From an uncultured bacterium (lineage in GTDB: Bacteria > Deinococcota > Deinococci > Deinococcales > Trueperaceae), in contig CAZACZ010000002.1 of assembly GCA_964483695.1 (NCBI GenBank), forward strand, positions 3,171 to 67,170: 64,000 nucleotides of DNA. Reading direction: 5' to 3'. A model generated the notes under the pieces. The model saw only the letters and a program-made list of their open reading frames with translations, searched no databases and was not told the origin of the DNA. The position numbers were made by a program, and so were the translations under genes. Positions 9,491 through 19,620 of this stretch are shown here, piece after piece. How positions within the stretch are numbered: the first letter of the stretch is position 1; every line of letters starts with the position of its first letter.

Positions 9491-9595
9491 GCGCGACCTC
9501 GCTGTCATCGCCCACCTCCTCGTGCTTCGACCGGTGCCACGCATCTCGCCCGTCGTCGGATCCGTCGCCCGCTCCGGCACGCAACCCGACGGCGC

Positions 9596-9892
9596 CTATA
9601 GAACGCGCAGGAGGAACTCGACCTGGTCGCCCGCGGCGAGGCTCGCCGCCTTGCGGACCGCGGCCTTCACGGGAAGAAGATAGCAGCGCAGCGTGGTGTC
9701 GTAGAAGATCGACGTGCGCCACCGGGTATCGCCGATCGTGACGTCCACCCGAAGCGAGCCGAACCCGGGGCTCATCATCCCGAACCGTTCCCGGATGTCC
9801 GCCGACGTGGCCTCCGGGACGGTGATGAAGTACCATCCGTCGGCGCTGGGATGGCGCCACATCTGGGCTTGCAGCTCGAAGCTACCGTCCAT
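9596..9892 (-). CDS. DUF1905 family protein
   Basis: 98 aa with WYFITVP...RVDVTIGDTRWRTSIF...YLLPVKAAVRKAA.L..GD.V, characteristic of DUF1905. Confidence 0.7.
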   Translation of the reverse strand: MDGSFELQAQMWRHPSADGWYFITVPEATSADIRERFGMMSPGFGSLRVDVTIGDTRWRTSIFYDTTLRCYLLPVKAAVRKAASLAAGDQVEFLLRVL

Positions 9893-10009
9893 CGACCCCG
9901 CCTTCCGCTCGTGGACAGGTTCGCTCGGCTACGCGTCGCTCGTGACGTCGCCAAGCGTCGACCGGGCCCCTTGGCGCGAAGGTAGCACGGCGGTCCGCCG
10001 GCCCGTCGC

Positions 10010-11827
10010 TCACACCCCCAGTCGTTCTTGCTGGGCGCGGTACATGCGCGCGTAGCGTCCCCCGCTTGCCAGCAGCTCGCGGTGGGTCCCCCGCTCCAGG
10101 ATCGCGCCGCCTTCCAGCACCACGACCTCGTCGAACGTCTCCAGGCCGACGAGGCGATGGGTGATCATCAGCACGCTCTTGCCGGTCATCGCCCCGTCCA
10201 GGGCGCGCAGCAGGCGCCGCTCGTGGCCGGCGTCGAGGTTGGCAGTGACCTCGTCCAGGACCAGGATCGGGCGATCGGCCAGCACCACCCGCGCCAGCCC
10301 GAGACGCTGCCGTTCCCCGGCGGAGAGCCGCAGCCCCTGCTCGCCGATCTCGGTGTCGATGCCGTGCGGCAGGCCGCGCACGACGTCGTCGAGTTGCGCG
10401 ACGCCCAGCGCTCGCCACAGGGCCTCGTCGTCGGCATCGGGCGCGGCGATGCGCAGGTTGGCGCGCACGCTGGTGGCGAACAGCGTGGTGTGCTGCGAGA
10501 ACACCGCGACCAAGCGGCGCAGCTCGTCCTGGGCGTACTGGGGTAGCTCGTGACCGCCGAGCAGGATGCGCCCCTCGGTGGGGTCCCAGAACCGAACCAG
10601 CAGCTGACCGAGCGTGCTCTTCCCCGCGCCCGACGGGCCCACCACGGCCACGCGCCGGCCGGGCTCGAGGCGGAAGCTGACGTTCCTCAGCACCGGACGC
10701 CGATCGTAGGTGAACCCCACGGCCTCGAACCGCACCGTCGTGTCCTTCGGCGTGGCGGGGTGCTCCGGGTCCCGGACGGCCGGCTCCTCGTCGGCGATCG
10801 CCAGCAACCGCTCGCCGGCGCGGCGCGCGCGCGGTGCCAGCAGCCACGCGCTGCCGAGCGGCTGCACCGCCTCGAAGGCGGCCATGACGCCGAGCGCCAC
10901 CGCCGCCAAGGTGGCCCCGCCGAGCGTCCCGTCCCGCACCGACGGCACGGCCACGACCAGCGTCATCAGCGTGGCCAGGAGCATGCACCCCAGCACCAGC
11001 GCGGCCTGCAGGGCCGATACGGTCGCGAGCCTGCGCTGGGCCCGGGCGACGGCCTCGTCCAGCGCAGCGAGCTCGTCGAGCTGCTCCTGGTCTCGGTTCA
11101 TCAGCAGCAAGTCCGCCATGCCCTGCAGGGCCTCGACCGCTGCCGCGGCGTAGCGGGCGCGGGCGTCTACCAGGTCCCGGCCCGGGGCCGCGGCCAGGCG
11201 TCGCACCAACGCCGGCACCGCCACCCCCGCGAGAAGCAGGAACGCGCCCACCACCAGCGCCAGGCCCGGGTCCAACAGCGCCAGGACCAGCAGCACGATC
11301 GTCGCCGTGCCGGCCGCCACCAGCACCGGCGCGACCACGCGCAGGTAGGCGAACTGCAGGGTATCGACGTCGCCGACGAGGAGGTTCAGGAGGTCCCCGG
11401 AGCGCCGGCCCACCAAGCGCGCCGGCGCCAACGGTTCGAGCCGTTGGTACAGCCAGGTCCGCATCCGCGCCAGCAGACGGAACGTGAGGTCGTGCGACAC
11501 CAGCCGCTCGAGGTACCGCAAGGCGGCACGCGCGATTCCGAAGAAGCGCACCGCGGTGACGAGGAGCATCAACTCGAGGATGGTCTCCGGCCGCAACGCC
11601 GCGCGCGAGATCAAGGAGCCAGAGCTCGCCATCAGGCCAACGCCGGCCAGGAGCATGCCGATGCCGAGCGCCACGGACGCGAGCACGCGCCCCCACTCCG
11701 ACCGCAAGGCGACCGCCAGCCGCGCCAGCGCGTCGGTCCGCTCCGGGTCGTTCGCGCCCACGACTGCCCCAGGCACGGCCCTCCGCGGCCTTCGCGGCGC
11801 CGTTCGCTCGTTCGCGTACGTGCTCAC
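10010..11827 (-). CDS. cydC: Thiol reductant ABC exporter subunit CydC
   Basis: Six-TM ABC exporter domain plus NBD (GPSGAGKST, LSAGERQR, LVLDE). It is the last gene of the cydABDC order, and its start overlaps the cydD stop. Confidence 0.85.
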   Translation of the reverse strand: MSTYANERTAPRRPRRAVPGAVVGANDPERTDALARLAVALRSEWGRVLASVALGIGMLLAGVGLMASSGSLISRAALRPETILELMLLVTAVRFFGIARAALRYLERLVSHDLTFRLLARMRTWLYQRLEPLAPARLVGRRSGDLLNLLVGDVDTLQFAYLRVVAPVLVAAGTATIVLLVLALLDPGLALVVGAFLLLAGVAVPALVRRLAAAPGRDLVDARARYAAAAVEALQGMADLLLMNRDQEQLDELAALDEAVARAQRRLATVSALQAALVLGCMLLATLMTLVVAVPSVRDGTLGGATLAAVALGVMAAFEAVQPLGSAWLLAPRARRAGERLLAIADEEPAVRDPEHPATPKDTTVRFEAVGFTYDRRPVLRNVSFRLEPGRRVAVVGPSGAGKSTLGQLLVRFWDPTEGRILLGGHELPQYAQDELRRLVAVFSQHTTLFATSVRANLRIAAPDADDEALWRALGVAQLDDVVRGLPHGIDTEIGEQGLRLSAGERQRLGLARVVLADRPILVLDEVTANLDAGHERRLLRALDGAMTGKSVLMITHRLVGLETFDEVVVLEGGAILERGTHRELLASGGRYARMYRAQQERLGV

Positions 11828-13707
11828 GCGTCGCCTCGGACGAGGCGCGCGTACACGCCGTCGGCGGCCAGCAACTCGGCGTGGGAGCCGCGCTCCACCA
11901 CGCGGCCGGCGTCGAGCACCACGACGACGTCGGCACGCGCCACGGTAGCGAGGCGGTGCGCGATGACGAGCACGGTGCGGCCCACGGCAAGCCGCTCCAT
12001 GCCCGCCAACGCCTCGGCTTCGGTGTCGACGTCGAGGTGCGCGCTCGCCTCGTCGAGGACCAGCAGCTTGGCGTCCTTCACGAAGGCGCGGGCGAGCGCG
12101 AGGCGCTGGCGCTCGCCACCGGACAACGTGACCCCGTCCTCGCCGAGGACCGTGTCGTACCCCTGGGGCAAGCGCGTGACGAACGCATGCGCGGCGGCCT
12201 CGTTCGCCGCGGCCTCGACGTCGGCGTCGCTAGCGTCGCGGTTCGCCCACCGGAGGTTGTCGCGCACGCTGGCCGCGAACAGGTGGGGACGCTGCCCCAC
12301 CCACCCCACCCGGCGCCGCCACGCGCGGAGATCCAGCGTGTCCAGCGGCACCCCGTCCACCAGGACGCGCCCCTCGTCCGGCTCCAGGAAGCCGAGCACC
12401 AGCGCAGCCGCCGTGCTCTTCCCTGCCCCGCTGGGGCCCACCAGGGCCGTGACGGCGCCGCCGGCGAGGTCGAGGTCGACGCCGTCGAGCGCGGGCCGCG
12501 CCGCGCCCGGGTAGCGCACCGTCACGTGCTCGAGCCGGACGTGGGGCGGCCCGTCCGGCGGGAGCGACGCCTGGCCCGCGACCGCCAGCGGCCGGTCGAG
12601 CAGGCGGTACATCGACTCGGCGGCGGCGACACCTTCCATGCCGGCGTGGTGCTCGGCGGCGAGACGCCGGAACGGCAGGTAGTACTCGGGCGTGAGCAGC
12701 ACCACCAGCAGCGCCGGGGCGAACTCCAGCCGCCCCTCCACCAAGCGGATCCCGATGCCCACGGCCACCATGGCGGTGGCGACGGTGGCGGCGAGCTCGA
12801 GCACGAACCCCGAGAGGAACGCCACCCGCAGGACGTCCATGGTGGCGCGCCGGTAGCTGTCCGCCACGGCCGCGATGGTGTCCGCTTGGGCGCGACCGCG
12901 GCCGAACAGCTTGAGCGTGGGGAGACCCTGCACGACGTCCAGGAAGTGGGCGCTGCTGCGGGTCAGCGTGCGCCACTGGCGGCGCGTCCGGGTGGCGGCC
13001 GCTTGGCCGAGGAGCCACATGAAGAGCGGGACGAGGGGACCGGTGACCAGCAGCAGCGCGCCGCTGAGCGGGTCGACGCGCAACACCACCGCGGCCAGCG
13101 CGAGCGGCACCACGGCGACGGCGAGTGCGGCCGGGACGAAGCGTGCGAAGTACGGCTCGAGCTTGTCGACGCCGTCGCTCAGGGTGGCCACGAGGTCGCC
13201 GGTGCGCTCCGCCATCGACCTGGCAGGGCCGAGCGCCATCAGGTGCCGGGCCAGGCCCTGACGGAGCTCGGTCTGGAGCGCGATCGCCCGGCGCTGCGGC
13301 ACGAGGTCGGCCACGACCTGCAGCGCCACGCGGCCAACGACCACGACGCCCAGCCAACCGAAGGTAGTCCGCAGGTCCGCCAGGTCGTCGCCGTGGAGGA
13401 AGGCGCCGTCGATCGCGCGCGTCAGCAAGCGCGCCTGCACCACCGCCAGGGCGGCGTAGACCAGGGCAGAGCCGAGCCCCGCCAGCACCAAGCGACGGTC
13501 CTGAAGTGCCCGGCGCAGGAGGCGCCGCTCGACCGACCGCGTCTGCAGCGAGGCTTCGTCCGAAGGTACGGCCGTGGCGCCGCGCGGTGCGTCACCGGCG
13601 CCGTCCTCGGCCGCCGCACGCTCCCCGGCGGGCGCGGCGGGCTCGACGGCGCCCGCGGGGTTCTCCCCGGCGAGGGCGACGCCTGGCATCGGACCGCCGA
13701 CCGTCAC
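11824..13707 (-). CDS. cydD: Thiol reductant ABC exporter subunit CydD
   Basis: ABC exporter TMD plus NBD (GPSGAGKST, LSGGERQR, LVLDE), immediately downstream of cydB. Confidence 0.85.
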   Translation of the reverse strand: MTVGGPMPGVALAGENPAGAVEPAAPAGERAAAEDGAGDAPRGATAVPSDEASLQTRSVERRLLRRALQDRRLVLAGLGSALVYAALAVVQARLLTRAIDGAFLHGDDLADLRTTFGWLGVVVVGRVALQVVADLVPQRRAIALQTELRQGLARHLMALGPARSMAERTGDLVATLSDGVDKLEPYFARFVPAALAVAVVPLALAAVVLRVDPLSGALLLVTGPLVPLFMWLLGQAAATRTRRQWRTLTRSSAHFLDVVQGLPTLKLFGRGRAQADTIAAVADSYRRATMDVLRVAFLSGFVLELAATVATAMVAVGIGIRLVEGRLEFAPALLVVLLTPEYYLPFRRLAAEHHAGMEGVAAAESMYRLLDRPLAVAGQASLPPDGPPHVRLEHVTVRYPGAARPALDGVDLDLAGGAVTALVGPSGAGKSTAAALVLGFLEPDEGRVLVDGVPLDTLDLRAWRRRVGWVGQRPHLFAASVRDNLRWANRDASDADVEAAANEAAAHAFVTRLPQGYDTVLGEDGVTLSGGERQRLALARAFVKDAKLLVLDEASAHLDVDTEAEALAGMERLAVGRTVLVIAHRLATVARADVVVVLDAGRVVERGSHAELLAADGVYARLVRGDA

Positions 13708-13717
13708 GCCGCCGGCT

Positions 13718-14728
13718 TCAGTGCGCGATGTCGGCGCGGGTGACGCGCTTGCGGAACACCCAGTAGCTGTAGCCCTGGTACAGCAGCACGACCGGAACGA
13801 AGATCAGCGCGACCACCAACATCACGGTGAGGGTGAGCTGGCTCGAGCTGGCGTTGTAGATGGTGAGGTGGTAGGCCGGATCCAGGCTGGACGGCATCAC
13901 CTGCGGGAACAGGCCCTCGAACGCCACCACCGTGGCGAACACGATCGTGGCGCCGGTGGTGGCGAACGCCCAGCCGGTGCGCTGCAACCGCACGAAGACG
14001 CCCGAGGCGGCGAAGGCGATCATCGCGAGGAGCGGCAGGCTTCCTGGTACCAGACCCATGTCGTCGAACAGGTTGGTCTGCGAGTAGCTGGCAACGAAGA
14101 ACCCGAGCAGCACCGCGGCGGCCGGCAGCCACAGGCGCCTGGCCGCCCGTTCGGCCCGCAGGCGCACCTCGCCGTCCGAGCGCAGCGCCAAGAACAGCGC
14201 ACCGTGGAGCGCGAACATCAGCACCGACACCACGCCACCGGCGAGCGCGAAGGGGTGCACCAGGTCGAGCAGCGACCCGGTGAACTCGAGTTCCGCGCCG
14301 ATGGGGAGTCCCCGCACGATGCCGGTGATCGCGACGCCCCACAGGAACGCGGGAAGTAGGCTGCCCCAGAAGATGCACTGGTCGGCGACGGCGCGCCAGC
14401 GCGGGTCGTCCACCTTGCCGCGGAACTCGAACCCGACGGCCCGCACGATCAACGCCAACAAGACGAAGAAGAGCGGTACGTAGTAGGTGCTGAACAGCGT
14501 CGCGTACCAATGTGGGAAGGCGGCGAACATCGCCCCGCCGGCCGTCAGGAGCCACACCTCGTTGGCGTCCCAGAACGGCCCGATGGTGTTGATGGCAACG
14601 CGACGGTCCAGGTTGTCGCGACCGACGAACGGCAGCAAGATCCCGACACCGAAGTCGAATCCTTCCAGGAAGAAGTAGCCGGTGAACAGAACCGCGATCA
14701 GCACGAACCAGATGGTGGGAAGGTCCAT
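13718..14728 (-). CDS. cydB: Cytochrome bd ubiquinol oxidase subunit II
   Basis: MDLPTIWFVLIAVLFTGYFFLEGFDFGVG is a typical CydB N-terminus. 336 aa and polytopic. Confidence 0.9.
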   Translation of the reverse strand: MDLPTIWFVLIAVLFTGYFFLEGFDFGVGILLPFVGRDNLDRRVAINTIGPFWDANEVWLLTAGGAMFAAFPHWYATLFSTYYVPLFFVLLALIVRAVGFEFRGKVDDPRWRAVADQCIFWGSLLPAFLWGVAITGIVRGLPIGAELEFTGSLLDLVHPFALAGGVVSVLMFALHGALFLALRSDGEVRLRAERAARRLWLPAAAVLLGFFVASYSQTNLFDDMGLVPGSLPLLAMIAFAASGVFVRLQRTGWAFATTGATIVFATVVAFEGLFPQVMPSSLDPAYHLTIYNASSSQLTLTVMLVVALIFVPVVLLYQGYSYWVFRKRVTRADIAH

Positions 14729-14737
14729 GATGCTCCT

Positions 14738-16111
14738 CTAGTAGGCGTACGCGCCGTCGTCCTTGGCCGCGTGGTCGAGTTGCGTGGATCCGGGCCGGCC
14801 GTAACGGTGCATCAGGTAGCCAGCCACGCCCGCCAGGAAGCCGTAGACGAGCGTGAACCCGACCATGCTCAGCCACACCATGGCGCCGCCGACGATCGGG
14901 CTGACGCCGTCGCTGGTGAGTAGGAGCCCCTGCACCACCCACGGCTGCCGACCGATCTCGGTGACGATCCACCCGGCGGTGTTCGCGAGGTACGGGAGGA
15001 ACAGCGCCACCACCGCGACGCGCAGGTACCACATCGCGCGCGCCAGCCGACCGCTCCACCAGAGCGCCAAGCCCACGAGGCTCAGCAGGATGAAGAAGAC
15101 CCCGAGGCCGACCATCCCGCGGAAGCTCCAGTAGACGATCGCCACGGGGGGGATGTAGTCGCCGGGGCCGTAGGTGGCTTCCGCCTCCGCCTGCAGCTCG
15201 TTGATCCCGCGCACCTCGCTAGTGGTGTCGTTGAACGCCAGCACGCTGAGCAGGTACGGCAGGCGGATCTCGCGCGCGCTGGTGCGGTTCTCGCGATCGA
15301 TCACCGCGAAGAGCGAGAAGCTCGCGGGCTGCTCGGTCTCCCACAGCCCCTCCATGGCGGCCAGCTTCATCGGTTGGGCCACGGCGGTGTTCTGGGCGCT
15401 GCCGTGGCCGCTGGTGGCCACCAGCAAAGCGCTGACCGCCACCGCCACCAGCGCGATCTGCGCGCTGCGCGTGAACAGCTCCACCTGACTGCCGCGCAGC
15501 AGGTGCCAGGCGCTGATCCCCAGCACGAACAGGCCACCCGTGACGAACGCCGCGAGGATCGTGTGCTGCGCCTGCACCAGCAGGCGCTCGTTCAGCAGCA
15601 CCGCCACGAAGTCCGCCAGCTCGGCGCGGTCGTTGCGCAGGACGTACCCGACAGGTTGGTGCATCCAGGCGTTCGCCATCAAGATCCAGATCGCCGACAG
15701 GGCGCTGCCGATCGCCACCAGCCAGATCGACAGCAGGTGCACCCGCGGCGAGAGACGGCCACGGCCGAACAACCACAGTCCCAGGAACGTCGACTCGAGG
15801 AAGAACGCCATCAGCGCCTCGATGGCGAGCGGGATGCCGAAGATGTCGCCCACGAAGCGCGAGTACGCCGACCACGCCATGCCGAACTGGAACTCCTGCA
15901 CGATGCCGGTGACGACGCCCACCACGAAGCTGATGACGAACAGCTTGCCGAAGAACCTCGCCATGCGGTCGTAGAGCTCGTTGCGGGTGCGGTAGTGGAA
16001 GGTCTGCATCACCGCCACCAGCAGGCCCAACCCGATGGTCAGGGGCACGAACAGGAAGTGGTAGACGGTGGTGATGCCGAACTGCCACCGGGCCAGGATC
16101 AGAGGCTCCAT
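14738..16111 (-). CDS. cydA: Cytochrome bd ubiquinol oxidase subunit I
   Basis: MEPLILARWQFGITTVYHFLFVPLTIGLG is a typical CydA N-terminus. A Q-loop-like region is present. 457 aa. Confidence 0.9.
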   Translation of the reverse strand: MEPLILARWQFGITTVYHFLFVPLTIGLGLLVAVMQTFHYRTRNELYDRMARFFGKLFVISFVVGVVTGIVQEFQFGMAWSAYSRFVGDIFGIPLAIEALMAFFLESTFLGLWLFGRGRLSPRVHLLSIWLVAIGSALSAIWILMANAWMHQPVGYVLRNDRAELADFVAVLLNERLLVQAQHTILAAFVTGGLFVLGISAWHLLRGSQVELFTRSAQIALVAVAVSALLVATSGHGSAQNTAVAQPMKLAAMEGLWETEQPASFSLFAVIDRENRTSAREIRLPYLLSVLAFNDTTSEVRGINELQAEAEATYGPGDYIPPVAIVYWSFRGMVGLGVFFILLSLVGLALWWSGRLARAMWYLRVAVVALFLPYLANTAGWIVTEIGRQPWVVQGLLLTSDGVSPIVGGAMVWLSMVGFTLVYGFLAGVAGYLMHRYGRPGSTQLDHAAKDDGAYAY

Positions 16112-16407
16112 CGCGGCTCCGTTCCGCGCGCAGCCCCGTCCGAGTCGGCGGCTTCCGCGCCTTTCGCACCAGTCTAGGAAGGCACGTCAGGGACGAACGT
16201 CCCGGCTGCGGGGCCAGCTCGATCTGCGTGCCGTCGGGGCGGTCGAGCCTCGAGGCGCCAGGGTGTGCGGGCCACGGCGGCATAACCCCGCCGCGGACGC
16301 GCCGGAAGCGATAGAGTCGCTCGGTCGGGCGCTCGCCGAGCGACGCGCTCGCCGGCGCGGCGCCCAGCACGGCCCACCCCTAGGGTCGCCGCGCGCGAAA
16401 GGACGAC

Positions 16408-17364
16408 ATGCGCCGCTCCACCGTCACCGGCCTGCTGTTGGCCGCACTCTCCGCCGCTGCCTTCGCGACCTCCGGCTCGCTCGCCAAGGGGCTGCTGGCC
16501 GTCGGCTGGTCGCCTGCCGCCGCGGTGACGTGGCGGGTGGCGCTGGGTGCTGCTGCGTTAGCCGTCCCCGCGGCGCTGGCGATGCGCGGCAGGTGGCACC
16601 GGCTGCGTCGCGGCTGGCCCAGCGTGGTGCTGTTCGGCCTGCTCGCGGTGGCCTGCGCGCAACTGGCGTTCTTCTTCGCGGTCGAGCGCCTTTCCGTCGG
16701 GGTGGCGCTGCTGCTGGAGTACTGCGGTGTCGTCCTCGTCGTCGTCTGGCTGTGGGTGCGGCGGGGCCAGCGCCCCCGGCCGCTCACGTTGATCGGCGCC
16801 GTGCTCGCGGTGGTGGGGCTGGTGCTGGTGCTGAACGTGTTCGGGGAGGCGACCATCGACCTCGTCGGCGCGGCGTGGGGCCTGGTGGCCGCCACCGGGC
16901 TCGCCGGGTACTTCGTCATCTCGGCCGACGAACGCCACGACCTGCCGGCGCTGGTCGTGGCGTCGGGTGGGCTTGCCGTGGGCACCGTGACGCTGCTGCT
17001 GGCGGGGGCGCTGGGGCTGGTCTCGATGACCTGGGTGCCCGCCGACGTGACGCTAGCCGGCAGGACGGTCCCTTGGTGGGCCGACGTGGCCGCCATCGGC
17101 TTGGTCGCGGCTGCCCTGGCGTACGGCTCTGGCGTGATGGCGAACCGCACGCTGGGCTCGAAGCTGGCGTCGTTCGTGGGCCTGTCGGAGGTGCTGTTCG
17201 CGATCCTATGGGCGCGCCTGTTCCTGGGGGAACTCCCGGTCGGTCCGCAACTGCTGGGCGGCACCTTGATCCTCGCCGGAGTGGTGGTGGTGCGGCTCGA
17301 CGAGCCGAGGCGCGGCCGCGTGGTCGCTCCGACGCCGAGCGAGGGCACGCCCCGCGCCGTCTAG
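16408..17364 (+). CDS. EamA/DMT-superfamily transporter
   Basis: About 10 TM segments in two EamA-like halves. A GAAAGGA RBS-like run lies before the ATG. Confidence 0.7.
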   Translation: MRRSTVTGLLLAALSAAAFATSGSLAKGLLAVGWSPAAAVTWRVALGAAALAVPAALAMRGRWHRLRRGWPSVVLFGLLAVACAQLAFFFAVERLSVGVALLLEYCGVVLVVVWLWVRRGQRPRPLTLIGAVLAVVGLVLVLNVFGEATIDLVGAAWGLVAATGLAGYFVISADERHDLPALVVASGGLAVGTVTLLLAGALGLVSMTWVPADVTLAGRTVPWWADVAAIGLVAAALAYGSGVMANRTLGSKLASFVGLSEVLFAILWARLFLGELPVGPQLLGGTLILAGVVVVRLDEPRRGRVVAPTPSEGTPRAV

Positions 17365-17457
17365 GCGCTCGGTCGCGACCGGCACGACCGCCGTCAGGGA
17401 CACCGCACGGCGGGACCGAGGGGGCGTTCGGACCGCAGAGCACCCGCGACTAGCGCG

Positions 17458-18375
17458 TCACGGCAGATGGTGGCCCGCCGCCAAGTACAGGCCGTACCAC
17501 TCCTCGCGCGTGAGATGCACCTCGCTGGCCGCCACGCTGGCGCGCAGCCGGTCTTCGTTGGTGGTGCCGATCACCGGTTGCATCCGCGCCGGATGACGCA
17601 GCAGCCACGCCAGCGCGATGGTGGCGCCGCCGACGCCGTAGCGCTCGCCGATGCGGTCGAGAGCGGCGTTCAGGTCGGGGTAGTCGTCGTTCCCCAGGAA
17701 CACCCCCTGGCTGCCGCCGACCTGGAACGGGGACCACGGCTGCACCGTGATGTCGTGCAACCGGCAGTAGTCGAGCACGTGGCCGTCGCGGTCCACCGCC
17801 CCGTCGCCGTGGATGTTCACGTTCAACCCGCTGGTGATCATCCCGGCGTGGGTGATGCTGAGTTGCAACTGGTTCGCTACCAGCGGCTGACGCACGTGCG
17901 TCCGTAGCAGCTCGATCTGACGCGGGTGATGGTTGCTGACCCCGAAGTGGCGCACCTTGCCGGCGCGCTCCAATGCGTCGAACGCCGCCGCCACCTCCTC
18001 CGGCTCCATCAACGCATCCGGCCGATGCAGCAGGAGCACGTCGAGGTAGTCGGTGCGCAGCCTACGGAGGATGCCGTCGACCGAGGCCAGGATGTGCTCG
18101 CGGGAGAAGTCGTACATCCCCTTGCGGATGCCGCACTTCGACTGCAGGATCACCCGGTCCCGCGGGGTCGTGCCGAGCGCGTGCGCGAACACCTCTTCGC
18201 TCCGGCCGCCACCGTAGATGTCGGCATGGTCGAAGAAGTTCGCACCGGCCTCGAGCGCGGCATGCACGAACCGCTCCGCCGCGAGTCGGTCGAGCCGGTG
18301 CAACCGCATGCAACCGACGGCGACGACGGGGACGGTCAAGTCGGAGGTTCCGAGGCGGATGGTACGCATGAGCAT
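17458..18375 (-). CDS. Aldo/keto reductase family oxidoreductase
   Basis: FFDHADIYGGGRSEE...LQSKCG...HRPD...GVSNH are AKR catalytic-tetrad-type motifs. Confidence 0.8.
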   Translation of the reverse strand: MLMRTIRLGTSDLTVPVVAVGCMRLHRLDRLAAERFVHAALEAGANFFDHADIYGGGRSEEVFAHALGTTPRDRVILQSKCGIRKGMYDFSREHILASVDGILRRLRTDYLDVLLLHRPDALMEPEEVAAAFDALERAGKVRHFGVSNHHPRQIELLRTHVRQPLVANQLQLSITHAGMITSGLNVNIHGDGAVDRDGHVLDYCRLHDITVQPWSPFQVGGSQGVFLGNDDYPDLNAALDRIGERYGVGGATIALAWLLRHPARMQPVIGTTNEDRLRASVAASEVHLTREEWYGLYLAAGHHLP

Positions 18376-18442
18376 GCATCCTACCGCTCTCGGCTACGCG
18401 TAGCCGCCGGACCCTCCTGGGAGATCGGCCCGGTGCCCGACG

Positions 18443-19459
18443 TCAAGCGGCGGCCGACGAGACCGATGCGACGCCCTGAAACATCCGCCGGTACTCCCGG
18501 GGCGTCAACCCCACGCAACGCTTGAACAGACGGCGGAAGAACGACGGGTCCTCGTAGCCGACCGCGAAGCTGATCTCCTCCACCGGCATGCGGCTGGTCT
18601 CCAACGCTCGTTTCGCCTCCTCTACGCGCAGGTTCTGCAGGTACTCGATGAGCGTCGTTCCGGTGGCCTGTTTGAACCGCCGCTTGAGGGTGCGCTCCGC
18701 CAGGCCGACGTGGCCGGCGACGTCGACGAGCACACGGTCGTCACGCAGGTGGTCCTCGAGGTAGCGCTGCGCCTCGCGCACCGCTGCGTCGCCGGTCGGG
18801 GTGGTGCGCACCAGCGGACGGTACGGTAGCTGCCCCTCGGTGTGGAGCTTGAGGAGGTACACCTTGGCGATGCGCAGCGCCTCGCCCGGGCTGGCATGAC
18901 GAGCGATGATGTGCAGCGCGAGATCGTGCCACGAGCTGGTGCCGCCGGCGGTGACGACGCGCCCCTCCTGGTCGGCGAAGGCGAGCGTCGGGCCCGGCCG
19001 GAACCGCACCTTCGGGTAGCGCGTGCGGAACAGGTCCTCGTAGCCCCAGTGCGAGGTGGCATCGCAACCGTCGAGCAGCCCGGTGGCCGCCAACAGGACC
19101 GCACCCGAGCATGCCGAGTAGACCCACGCCCCGTCGTCGTACCGCCTACGCACCCAAGCGACCACGTCCGGGTAGCGCTCGCCGATGTCCTCGTCCGGCC
19201 CCAACCAGACCTCGGGCAGGATCACGATGTCCGCCGGCGGGTCGTCGGTCACCGCCTCCGCCGGTTGGACCGGGATGCCGAAGCCGCACCGGAAGGGCTC
19301 ACGCGCCGTGGACACGATGCGCACGTCGAACACGTTCTCGCGGACCTCGGTCCGGATCAGCGTCTCCCACACGTTCCCCGTCGCCGACAGCACGTCCACC
19401 ATGCCGTACAGCGCAGACCCCGCGGTCTCGGGAACCGCGACGATGGCGACCTTGGGCAT
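18443..19459 (-). CDS. GlxA-family transcriptional regulator (DJ-1/PfpI-like domain + AraC-type HTH)
   Basis: The N-terminal part is DJ-1/PfpI-like (VAIVAVP...ACSGAVLLAATGLLDG). The C-terminal part is an AraC HTH (FAVGYEDPSFFRRLFKR..G.TP.EYR). ATG 19459 is preceded by GGAGGAG. Confidence 0.8.
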   Translation of the reverse strand: MPKVAIVAVPETAGSALYGMVDVLSATGNVWETLIRTEVRENVFDVRIVSTAREPFRCGFGIPVQPAEAVTDDPPADIVILPEVWLGPDEDIGERYPDVVAWVRRRYDDGAWVYSACSGAVLLAATGLLDGCDATSHWGYEDLFRTRYPKVRFRPGPTLAFADQEGRVVTAGGTSSWHDLALHIIARHASPGEALRIAKVYLLKLHTEGQLPYRPLVRTTPTGDAAVREAQRYLEDHLRDDRVLVDVAGHVGLAERTLKRRFKQATGTTLIEYLQNLRVEEAKRALETSRMPVEEISFAVGYEDPSFFRRLFKRCVGLTPREYRRMFQGVASVSSAAA

Positions 19460-19507
19460 CGTCTCTCCTCCCACGTCTGCCGGCGTCTAGGCACCGGGGC
19501 CGCTCGT

Positions 19508-19537
19508 GGCACGAACGACCCGTTTCGGGCACGAACG
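19508..19537. promoter_or_regulatory. Direct repeat GGCACGAACG x2 (20-nt period) in the glxA-like/osmC-like divergent promoter; candidate operator
   Basis: Exact 10-mers at 19508-19517 and 19528-19537, read from the sequence. The function is inferred only. Confidence 0.3.
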
Positions 19538-19620
19538 CATCTTACGAGAACGCCGCGTGGTCCCTAAGGTATGGGCCGTGCCTCGCCGCCCGAGTGCGAG
19601 CGCAACCAGGAGGAACCAAG

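Noticed and set aside
9882-11990. 702-aa minus-strand ORF overlapping cydC/cydD in another frame.
   Set aside because: The cydC frame (10010..11827) carries Walker A, signature and Walker B motifs. The alternative frame is Arg/Ala/Gly/Pro-rich noise.
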